From Syntrophales bacterium (GTDB taxonomy: Bacteria; Desulfobacterota; Syntrophia; Syntrophales; JADFWA01), in assembly GCA_030655775.1 (NCBI GenBank), contig JAUSPI010000154.1:3839-67838 (forward strand): 64,000 nt of DNA, given 5' to 3'. The position numbers were made by a program, and so were the translations under genes. This document shows, one piece after another, positions 1-7,324 of the stretch. The first letter of the stretch is position 1; each line of letters opens with the position of its first letter. Below the pieces are notes generated by a model. It saw nothing but the letters and a program-made list of their open reading frames with translations, searched no databases and had not been told where the DNA came from.

Positions 1-1253
1 ATTATTATGCATATAATGTAAGCAGGCAAAAAGTAAAATACCCCCCGAAAGACATTGCCCAGAGATACATCTTTCGCCATTCCGGCTACCACGTAGGTAG
101 TTGCCCCTACAGGCGGCGTTACCGCACCCAGGGTCGTTACGACCGTTATAGTAACTCCAAACCATATAGGGTCATAACCGAGATTCATGGCAACGGGATA
201 AAAGATGGGAATAGTAATAAGCAACAATGCAAGAGCATCCATCACTGCACCGCCTATAATATAGATAATAAAGATTACTGTCATTATCACAGCCGGGGCC
301 ACGGGCAGTGAGGCAACCCAGTTTGCAATGTCGAAGGGTATTCTGGTCACCGCAAGAAATCTGCCGAAAATAACCGCGCCCGTAACAATAACGATAACCA
401 TACATGATATCGTTATCGTATCGGTTATTGAGGCGACAAAACCATTCCAGCTGAGCCGCCGCCCTATGAGACTTATCACCACGGCAAAAAAAGAGCCTGC
501 CGCCCCCGCTTCCGTCGGTGTAAAGAAACCGAAATAGAGACCAACCATGACCAGAAGAAAAAGTGTTACCATCTCAAAGCTACCGGGGAGTGATTTAATC
601 TTTTCTCCGAAGTTTGTTCTGGGTCCGGCAGGCCCCCAGTCACCATTTACCCGGCATATGATATAGATGGTTACCATAAAAAGTACGGCGAGAATAATAC
701 CTGCCGAAATGCCCCCGTAAAAAAGCCTGGCAATAGACTGGCCCGTATACAAACCGATAACAATTAAAACCACACTTGGAGGAATAACTACGCCGAGTGT
801 AGAGCCACAGGCAATGGCACCTGTGCTCAAAACCGGTTCGTACTTGTATTTATTCATCTCAGGAAGCGCTACGGCGGTCATGGTAGCGGCGGTCGCCGCA
901 TTGGACCCGCAAATGGCGGCAAATCCGGCACACGCCATAACCGTAGCCATGGCAATACCTCCCCTGATATGCCCCATCCATGTATAGGCCGTCTTATACA
1001 GCTTTTCATTTATCCCGGAATAAAACGCTATCTCGCCCATAAAGATGAAAAGGGGTATTACGGTCAGACCATATTTGGAAAACGTAGCCCACAGGTCGGC
1101 ACCTACCATATTAAGAGCCGCTTCAAAGGAGACGATATAACAAAACCCGCAGAAACCCGTAACTGCCATTGCAAACCCGACGGGCATCCCCAGAAAAAAC
1201 AACATAAGGAGGAGGATAACAATCCCAATTATACCAACAATTGCCAAGTCCAA
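1..1253 (-). CDS. dctM: TRAP transporter large permease (DctM family), C-terminus cut by window edge
   Basis: Absent from the ORF track because it runs off the window. My minus-strand translation from TTG 1253 (AAAGGAG 8 nt upstream) is an uninterrupted ~417-aa polytopic membrane protein (MDLAIVGIIGIVILLLMLFFLGMPVGFAMA...GAVTPPVGATTYVVAGMAKD). It directly follows dctP-dctQ. Confidence 0.85.
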   Translation of the reverse strand, partial: MDLAIVGIIGIVILLLMLFFLGMPVGFAMAVTGFCGFCYIVSFEAALNMVGADLWATFSKYGLTVIPLFIFMGEIAFYSGINEKLYKTAYTWMGHIRGGIAMATVMACAGFAAICGSNAATAATMTAVALPEMNKYKYEPVLSTGAIACGSTLGVVIPPSVVLIVIGLYTGQSIARLFYGGISAGIILAVLFMVTIYIICRVNGDWGPAGPRTNFGEKIKSLPGSFEMVTLFLLVMVGLYFGFFTPTEAGAAGSFFAVVISLIGRRLSWNGFVASITDTITISCMVIVIVTGAVIFGRFLAVTRIPFDIANWVASLPVAPAVIMTVIFIIYIIGGAVMDALALLLITIPIFYPVAMNLGYDPIWFGVTITVVTTLGAVTPPVGATTYVVAGMAKDVSLGNVFRGVFYFLPAYIICII

Positions 1254-1256
1254 CTA

Positions 1257-1742
1257 TCAGGCTCCTTTTTCCTCAACGAACAACTTCAAGAGATCAATCA
1301 GCAAAACCAGTGCAAGGACAACACAACCCAGGGCAACCCCGTAAGTGAAAGGATAGAAGATGATTCTCAAGGTTTCCGTTACCTCCCCCGTTTCCCAAAG
1401 GTTCGAGGCCACCGTAGCGATCTGCCAGGCGGCACCGGCGAAGAAGATCATACATATGGAGTAATTGATACCGCTCAATATCTTTCGGGTCTTTTCCGAG
1501 AATCGATTCACCAGTATATCTACTGCAACATGACCTCTCTTAACCTGTGTATAGCCAAGGGCAAATGCAACAACGATTGCTCCGAATAATCCCATGAGTT
1601 CAAAGGTGCCCTTAACCGGTACCCATACAAGCCTCAAAAATATATTGGAACAGGTTAGAAGTACCATCCCCACCAGAAATATACCGGCCATACAGACAAG
1701 TATCCGGTTCAAAAATCTGCTGATTTTATCCAGAGACTCCAT
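1257..1742 (-). CDS. dctQ: TRAP transporter small permease (DctQ family)
   Basis: 161-aa hydrophobic ORF with about 4 TM segments, tightly packed between a DctP-type binding protein and a DctM-type permease. Confidence 0.85.
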   Translation of the reverse strand: MESLDKISRFLNRILVCMAGIFLVGMVLLTCSNIFLRLVWVPVKGTFELMGLFGAIVVAFALGYTQVKRGHVAVDILVNRFSEKTRKILSGINYSICMIFFAGAAWQIATVASNLWETGEVTETLRIIFYPFTYGVALGCVVLALVLLIDLLKLFVEEKGA

Positions 1743-1751
1743 ATCCGCCTT

Positions 1752-2789
1752 CTACTTTTGATATTTTTTTGAACCGCGATCTTCCTTGGCCGCTTGTATG
1801 TCTCGCAGAATCGCCCTTGCCGGCAAGCCCTTAGCTTCGGCATCTTTGATCCACCTTTCGGTTATCGGACTCAGCAATTTATTCCACTCTGCCATCTCTT
1901 CTTCCGTCAATTCAATGATCTCGATATTATAATTCTTCTTAGACCATTCAATGGACTCATTTACGTGCCTATCCATGTAGTCGCCCGTCCAAAAAGCCTG
2001 TTCTTCTCCCAGAGCTTCCATCACCTTCTGTACGTCTTTTGGCAGGGAGTTCCATTTTTCGATGTTCATTACAACGGCGAAGGGATAAACAGGTCCATTA
2101 AATACCGTCACGTATCTGCAGGTTTCCGCATACTTGAAATCCATAAGGGTCTCAAGGGAAGATGCAGCGCCCTTCACAACACCCTTCTGAAGGGCTTCGG
2201 GGGTTTCCGACTGGGGCATGCCAACCGGAGTAGCTCCCAATGCCTTCAAAACCTGGGCAACCCCTCCGGATGCCCTCAGCTCCAGTCCTTTCAGGTCGTC
2301 TAAGTTCCTTACCGGTTTTTTTGCGTAGATGTTTGCCGGTGCACAGGTAAACATGGTAAGTACTTTAACCTTTGCGAATTCCTCCGGTTTATATTTCTTG
2401 TAAATATCCCATAGAGTGAGGCTGGCTGCTTTTGCATCCGGGAAGCCAACGGGCAACGCGGTCGCATTGGTTACCACAAACCTGCCCGGCTGATAGGCCA
2501 TGCACAGACAACCGATATCCGCCTGACCGGCGACGACACCATCGTACATGTTCTTGGCACCCAACAGGGTGCTGCCCGGAAAAGTATTGATTATAACTTT
2601 TCCGCCGGTGCGCTGCTCCACCTCTTTTTTCCATCTCTCCATCTGCACGCACGGGAATGTAGGAGCCGGCGGAAAATTAGCATAATTTAAAGTTATTGGC
2701 CCCGCTTTCACAGACACCGGAAATAAAGAACAGACAAACAACAGCATAACTATTAGTACCGTAATCCCTAAAAACCTTTTCTCTTTCAT
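1752..2789 (-). CDS. dctP: TRAP transporter periplasmic solute-binding protein (DctP family)
   Basis: 345 aa with an N-terminal signal peptide (MKEKRFLGITVLIVMLLFVCSLFPVSVKA). Size and sequence are typical of DctP. The start overlaps the iorB stop by 4 nt. Confidence 0.9.
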   Translation of the reverse strand: MKEKRFLGITVLIVMLLFVCSLFPVSVKAGPITLNYANFPPAPTFPCVQMERWKKEVEQRTGGKVIINTFPGSTLLGAKNMYDGVVAGQADIGCLCMAYQPGRFVVTNATALPVGFPDAKAASLTLWDIYKKYKPEEFAKVKVLTMFTCAPANIYAKKPVRNLDDLKGLELRASGGVAQVLKALGATPVGMPQSETPEALQKGVVKGAASSLETLMDFKYAETCRYVTVFNGPVYPFAVVMNIEKWNSLPKDVQKVMEALGEEQAFWTGDYMDRHVNESIEWSKKNYNIEIIELTEEEMAEWNKLLSPITERWIKDAEAKGLPARAILRDIQAAKEDRGSKKYQK

Positions 2790-3301
2790 TCTTCACCTCC
2801 ATAATATTTTAATCCCATTTCAAAACCTTTTAAGTTCATTTCAAGGCGGTCCGGCTTAGACAACTTTCTAATGGTTGTTTCCATCACTTCCTCATCACAA
2901 AAGAGGCTGCCTTCTTTCACCGTATATCCTAAAAGGATAAGATTCATGATGAGAAGTGATCCCAGCTCCTTTGCCATCCCGGTCGCATCAATGCTGTAAT
3001 ACTCTCCGGAGATGTCGGTATTTACAAATGACTTGCCTCCGGGCATTATGAAACTCCTGTAGATATCAAAGCTTGAACCGTCAAGAAATAATCCCACATC
3101 GCCCTGACCCATGCGGATCAAAGGACTTCTGAAAGACCCAACCTTAATATGGGAGACAACTGTTCCCCCTCTCATGGCCATGCCGTGCGTCTCCGAAGTC
3201 AGGACATCCATATTTTTTTCCACGGCCGCCTGTGCAAGAATCCTTGTCAGAAAGAGCACTCCCTGACCGCCGGTGCCGCTTATTATTATCTGTTGTTTCA
3301 T
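2786..3301 (-). CDS. iorB: indolepyruvate:ferredoxin oxidoreductase beta subunit
   Basis: 171 aa. N-terminal IIISGTGGQGVLF motif of the gamma-like OFOR domain. 4-nt overlap with iorA. Confidence 0.85.
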   Translation of the reverse strand: MKQQIIISGTGGQGVLFLTRILAQAAVEKNMDVLTSETHGMAMRGGTVVSHIKVGSFRSPLIRMGQGDVGLFLDGSSFDIYRSFIMPGGKSFVNTDISGEYYSIDATGMAKELGSLLIMNLILLGYTVKEGSLFCDEEVMETTIRKLSKPDRLEMNLKGFEMGLKYYGGEE

Positions 3302-5148
3302 TTATTGTCTCCTTCTTCCGCGACTATTGCCCCCGCAGGACACACGTGCTTACACACACCACACCCGATACAGATATTCTGATCGATTGAGAACCGCTTC
3401 CCCTCTGAATCACAAATAAGGGCCGGACACTCAAAGTTTTTCAGACAATACTCGCAGCCTGTACAATCTTCCGTTATTTTCATGGAATATACAGATTGTT
3501 TCTTTGCCGTCTCTCTGTTCAGGATGCACGGGTGTTTGGATATAATCACAGCAACGCCTCCATCCTCACCGCGGCAGTATCCATCGGCTTTCTTGAGATG
3601 GGAAGTAAACTTCTCAAAGTCATAAGGATCGCATTCTTTGAGAAATCTGACACCGCAGGCCCTCACCAGATCATGGATACGCACAGGCGTTCCTTTTGTC
3701 CCATCGGCCATAATTCCGACTTCAGGTGTCGGTTGATTACCGGTCATTGCTGTGGTGGAATTGTCCAGAATGACCAGGATAAATCGTGCTTTCTGAAATA
3801 CGGCATTGATAAGACCGGGAATGCCCGCATGGAAGAAGGTGGAATCACCTATGGTCACAACAATAGCGGGAACTTCTCCGCCATCCCGGGCGTACGCGTG
3901 GTAAAAACCCGCCCCCTGGCTTATGCATGCACCCATACAGTGACAGGTATCTACGGCACCAAGATTCATGCCGAGCGTATAACAACCTATATCGCTGGGG
4001 AAAATTCCCTTGGGAAACGTTTTTTTGATCGCGTAAAATGCCGCCCGGTGAGGACACCCCGGACATAGAGTCGGTCTCTTTCCTTTTATCTGCGCTGGAG
4101 AACCGCCTGTTTCCAGAGGTATACTCAGAAATTTCTTCAACACATCCTGAATGATATCCGGCGTCAACTCCCCCTGGCCAGGAATTAGCTTTGAATTTCT
4201 TCCATAAATCCCCGTATTCGTCAGTTGCATCTCTATTGTGGGATAGGTCTCCTCAATGACGAGTATTTTTCCGTATTCGGAACTTATTTTTTGAATGAAA
4301 CTCCTGTTTAAGGGATACGGCATGGTAACCTGGAAAAGGTCTATTTTCCCCAGAAAGCCCATATCTTCCAGGAGATCGCAGGTATGTGCGAAGGCTGCAC
4401 CGGAAGATATGATGCAGTGTTTGTCCAGCGATCCATCACCGGCAATGAGTAACGGCGAAAAAGCTTCTTCATCCGATATGTCTTCAATTTTTTCATTTAA
4501 GAGGCGATGGAGCTCATATAGAAATTGCGGTGTCGCAACCCAGCGTCCCGGATTTTTCTCGAAACTAACTTTCCTCTCCAATTTTTCAGGGGTGAAACAG
4601 GGGACATTCTGTCTGGCATGGCATATACGGGTAGTAGGGCGGATCATTACGGGAAGTTCATATTTTTCAGACAGCTCAAAGGCCTTTTTGACCATCTCTT
4701 TTGCCTCTCCGGGACTGGCAGGATCAAGGACGGGTATCTTGGCGAAGCGCGCAAAAAAGCGGCTGTCCTGCTCCGTCTGGGAGCTGTGAGGGCCTGGATC
4801 ATCAGCCACAATAACAACAAAACCCCCTTTAATTCCAATGTAAGCGGAACGCATAAAGGGATCGGATGCCACATTTAAACCGACCTGCTTCATGGCTACG
4901 GCAGATCTCTTACCGGTATAGCTGTTTGCCAACGCCACCTCATAAGCTACCTTCTCATTGACCGACCATTCTATGTGCATCCCGGTTTCTGTCTCACTGG
5001 AAAAATTGATGACTGATGCGAGAATCTCGGAGGCCGGCGTACCCGGGTAAGAAGCGGCGAGTGAGCATCCGGCTTCGACCAACCCCCTGCCGATCGCTTC
5101 ATTACCCATGAGTATTCTCTGCTCTGTTCGATCCGTGTTTTGACCCAT
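3298..5148 (-). CDS. iorA: indolepyruvate:ferredoxin oxidoreductase alpha subunit
   Basis: N-terminal MGNEAIGRGLVEAGC..SYPGTPASEI, TPP motif region GDSTFFHAG, and two C-terminal CxxCxxCxxxCP ferredoxin motifs. Start set to ATG 5148 (GAGGA 6 nt upstream); the track start at 5154 is TTG. Confidence 0.9.
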   Translation of the reverse strand: MGQNTDRTEQRILMGNEAIGRGLVEAGCSLAASYPGTPASEILASVINFSSETETGMHIEWSVNEKVAYEVALANSYTGKRSAVAMKQVGLNVASDPFMRSAYIGIKGGFVVIVADDPGPHSSQTEQDSRFFARFAKIPVLDPASPGEAKEMVKKAFELSEKYELPVMIRPTTRICHARQNVPCFTPEKLERKVSFEKNPGRWVATPQFLYELHRLLNEKIEDISDEEAFSPLLIAGDGSLDKHCIISSGAAFAHTCDLLEDMGFLGKIDLFQVTMPYPLNRSFIQKISSEYGKILVIEETYPTIEMQLTNTGIYGRNSKLIPGQGELTPDIIQDVLKKFLSIPLETGGSPAQIKGKRPTLCPGCPHRAAFYAIKKTFPKGIFPSDIGCYTLGMNLGAVDTCHCMGACISQGAGFYHAYARDGGEVPAIVVTIGDSTFFHAGIPGLINAVFQKARFILVILDNSTTAMTGNQPTPEVGIMADGTKGTPVRIHDLVRACGVRFLKECDPYDFEKFTSHLKKADGYCRGEDGGVAVIISKHPCILNRETAKKQSVYSMKITEDCTGCEYCLKNFECPALICDSEGKRFSIDQNICIGCGVCKHVCPAGAIVAEEGDNK

Positions 5149-5170
5149 GCTCAATCCTCATTTTCGCCAC

Positions 5171-5210
5171 AAAAAAAAGCCGTGGACATCGAAGGTTGTC
5201 CACGGCTTTT
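5171..5210 (-). terminator. intrinsic terminator/attenuator hairpin immediately upstream of iorA
   Basis: 14-bp stem AAAAGCCGTGGACA/TGTCCACGGCTTTT (5175-5188/5197-5210) with an 8-nt loop. It is followed on the minus strand by T8 and lies about 25 nt before the iorA RBS. Confidence 0.6.
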
Positions 5211-5228
5211 CATGTACGCTCTGTCTAT

Positions 5229-5312
5229 TTAAAATTCTCGCGGCCGGCGAACAAACCTCCCCCTTATATATATCCACTGCCACCACCAGAATTTTAAACT
5301 ATTATTTGCCAT
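5229..5312 (-). CDS. candidate Trp-rich leader peptide (27 aa) of the iorAB-dctPQM operon
   Basis: My translation gives MANNSLKFWWWQWIYIRGRFVRRPREF, with three consecutive TGG codons. It lies between a promoter-like site and the terminator. No convincing SD precedes the ATG. Confidence 0.4.
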   Translation of the reverse strand: MANNSLKFWWWQWIYIRGRFVRRPREF

Positions 5313-5358
5313 GTTCTTATTATGGATTACTATTACCTTGTTCTCTCAGTACTTCAGA

Positions 5359-5386
5359 AATATATTAACTTCAAACAAAAAGTCAA
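5359..5386 (-). promoter_or_regulatory. sigma70-like promoter for the iorA leader
   Basis: Minus strand TTGACT (5386..5381), 16-nt spacer, TATATT (5364..5359). Confidence 0.45.
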
Positions 5387-5397
5387 GCAAAACTTTT

Positions 5398-5508
5398 GTG
5401 AATCTCCCCGCCCACAGGGCGGGGCTTCCCGGTAAGGAATATGTTTGTTTTATATTGCGCCCCTTACCCCGCCTACAAGGCGAGGCTTGCGGGTGCACTC
5501 CCGATCAG
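5398..5508 (+). repeat. ~110-bp double-hairpin intergenic repeat, full copy (orientation A)
   Basis: Sequence GTGAATCTCCCCGCCCACAGGGCGGGGCTTCCCGGTAAGGAATATGTTTGTTTTATATTGCGCCCCTTACCCCGCCTACAAGGCGAGGCTTGCGGGTGCACTCCCGATCAG. It overlaps the paaK stop codon. See the other copies below. Confidence 0.9.
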
Positions 5509-6794
5509 TCCCTGTTATCGAACAGTCTCTTGGTTTTTTTCGCTGTTCTGGGAAGAGTATGATAGTCAACTATTTCTACCTTTCCACTTACCAGTATTTT
5601 CTTCCTGATATTGCTTTCTATCTTCCCGGCAAGCACGTCATCTCCTTTTGAGTCTCTCCCCATCTCTCTTTCCACCTTTACGGTCAGGTAGTCCTTCCCG
5701 TCATCCCCACGGTCGAGATGAATCTGATATTCGCTGCCGATACCATCCTGCCTGGAAAGTATCTCATCTATATTGCTGGGGTAGAGGTTGACCCCTCGGA
5801 TAATAAACATATCATCAGAGCGCCCCAATATCTTATCATGACGGGGCAGGAGAGATCCGCATGGACATTCTCCTTCTACCGATCTCGTCAGATCCCTTGA
5901 TCGATACCTGATAAGAGGCACCCCTTCTTTTCTAAGTGTCGTGTACACCATCTCTCCGACCTCACCTTCAGGAACAGGTTCCAGAGTTTCCGGAGCTAGC
6001 AGCTCCATGATATAATAATCAGCCCAGTAATGAATTCCCGTATGATAAACACAATCCAGACCGGTCCCCGGACCATAAAGCTCCGTCAGGCCTGGAATGT
6101 CGAAGGCATGCTCCACACCCAACAGCCCTTTAATCTTTTTTGTTGTGGCATCACTTGACCGTTCAGCCCCAAAAATGACCTTTTTTACACTGAGCTTATC
6201 ATTGAGCCCCCGTCTGTCCACCTCTTCAGCCAGTAACAATGCCATCGATGCGGTGGAACATATCACCGTTGTCTGAAAATCGATCAAAAATTGCAGCTGC
6301 ATATCAATGTTTCCCGGCCCGGCCGGTATGGCAAACGCCCCGAATTTCTCACAGCCGAGCTGAAAACCCACACCCGCGGTCCATACGCCGTATCCTACGC
6401 ATATCTGAACCCTGTCTTCTTCCGTCAGCTCGGCCATCTCGTAACACCTCGCAAACATATCAGCCCAGTCGTTCACATCCTTTTTTGTGTAAACCATAAC
6501 CTTTCTTTTTCCCGTCGTTCCCGTCGATGCGTGCATCCTTACAACACTTTCAAACGGCACGGATATGAGCGGCCAGGGATAGTTGTCTTGCAGGTCCTTC
6601 GCGGTTACAAATGGCAGCCTCTTGAGATCTTCAAGGCTCTTAATGTCATCCGGTTTAACACCTGCCTCCTCAAATTTTTTGCGATAAAATGCCGATCCAT
6701 AATAGGCGTGGTTAACCGTCCACTTCAATCCTGACAACTGCAGAGCTTCCAGTTCTTCTTTGTTCGTAAATTTCGGCATAAATGTTTTTTTCAA
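5505..6794 (-). CDS. paaK: phenylacetate-CoA ligase family (aryl-acid CoA ligase, PaaK / F390-synthetase type)
   Basis: 429 aa adenylate-forming enzyme, with MHASTGTTGKRKVMVYT and further family-typical blocks. TTG start 8 nt after GGAGGG. Confidence 0.85.
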   Translation of the reverse strand: MKKTFMPKFTNKEELEALQLSGLKWTVNHAYYGSAFYRKKFEEAGVKPDDIKSLEDLKRLPFVTAKDLQDNYPWPLISVPFESVVRMHASTGTTGKRKVMVYTKKDVNDWADMFARCYEMAELTEEDRVQICVGYGVWTAGVGFQLGCEKFGAFAIPAGPGNIDMQLQFLIDFQTTVICSTASMALLLAEEVDRRGLNDKLSVKKVIFGAERSSDATTKKIKGLLGVEHAFDIPGLTELYGPGTGLDCVYHTGIHYWADYYIMELLAPETLEPVPEGEVGEMVYTTLRKEGVPLIRYRSRDLTRSVEGECPCGSLLPRHDKILGRSDDMFIIRGVNLYPSNIDEILSRQDGIGSEYQIHLDRGDDGKDYLTVKVEREMGRDSKGDDVLAGKIESNIRKKILVSGKVEIVDYHTLPRTAKKTKRLFDNRD

Positions 6795-6824
6795 TAAAAT
6801 CCCTCCAATGTTTATAGGTATTGA

Positions 6825-7079
6825 TCAGCCTGGTAAAATGTTATCAGTGTTTTCCCTTATCGACCTGTCTACTTCTTTGACTTCAATTTCATATCTGTCA
6901 AGTTCATCGAAGTAAAGATTCTCCAGAACCTTAGCAGGCTTATCATCTAATTTCTTCTCAAAGATATGAGCTAAAGAAGAAGCAGGATCAGTAGATATAA
7001 TCTGTTTTTCCCTTAGATTCAGGCAATGCTTGCCATTACTGGAAAGGAAAATATTTAAGGTTCGCGTTATATCATCAAA
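6825..7079 (-). pseudogene. remnant of an ArsA/GET3-like ATPase gene (no start codon, degenerate P-loop)
   Basis: The open frame without a Met reads FDDITRTLNIFLSSNGKHCLNLREKQIISTDPASSLAHIFEKKLDDKPAKVLENLYFDELD... The STDPAxSL block and the NL.F.E.D block match the ArsA-like protein at 18953-19885. The GKGGVGKT P-loop has decayed. Confidence 0.45.
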
Positions 7080-7101
7080 TCATATGACTGGTAAAGGTTT
7101 T

Positions 7102-7212
7102 TTGACCGGGAGCGCATACCGCAAGCCCCGCCTTGTAGGCGGGGCAAGGGGCGCAATATAAAACAACATATTCCTTACCGGGAAGCCCCGCCCTGCGGCC
7201 GTGGAGCTTCAC
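7102..7212 (-). repeat. ~110-bp double-hairpin repeat, full copy (orientation B)
   Basis: Reverse complement of the 5398-5508 and 36700-36810 element. One hairpin is partly degenerate (CCCCGCCCTGCGGCCGTGGAG). Confidence 0.9.
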
Positions 7213-7324
7213 ATTTAGGATTGTTAGAAGAGTAAAAAATCGACCTTGATTTTTAAAGGTTGCCAATGTTATATAGTTTTTCTTTAAAGCTACAAATCTT
7301 TTGGGTTGAGAAAGGAGCGTGGTC

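Noticed and set aside
969-1589. 206-aa plus-strand ORF (and 172..405, 328..537) at the window start
   Set aside because: It lies antisense to an uninterrupted DctM/DctQ-type permease reading frame. The composition is Gln/Asn/Cys-rich and not protein-like. The minus-strand genes explain the region.
5311-5562. ORFs such as 5311..5562, 5445..5651, 7075..7326 and 36743..37015, plus the N-terminal 15 codons of 19886..20212 (MFYIAPL..., ...HRAGLPGKEYV...)
   Set aside because: Their similar peptides arise from translation of different copies of the double-hairpin repeat. They are repeat artefacts, not a gene family.
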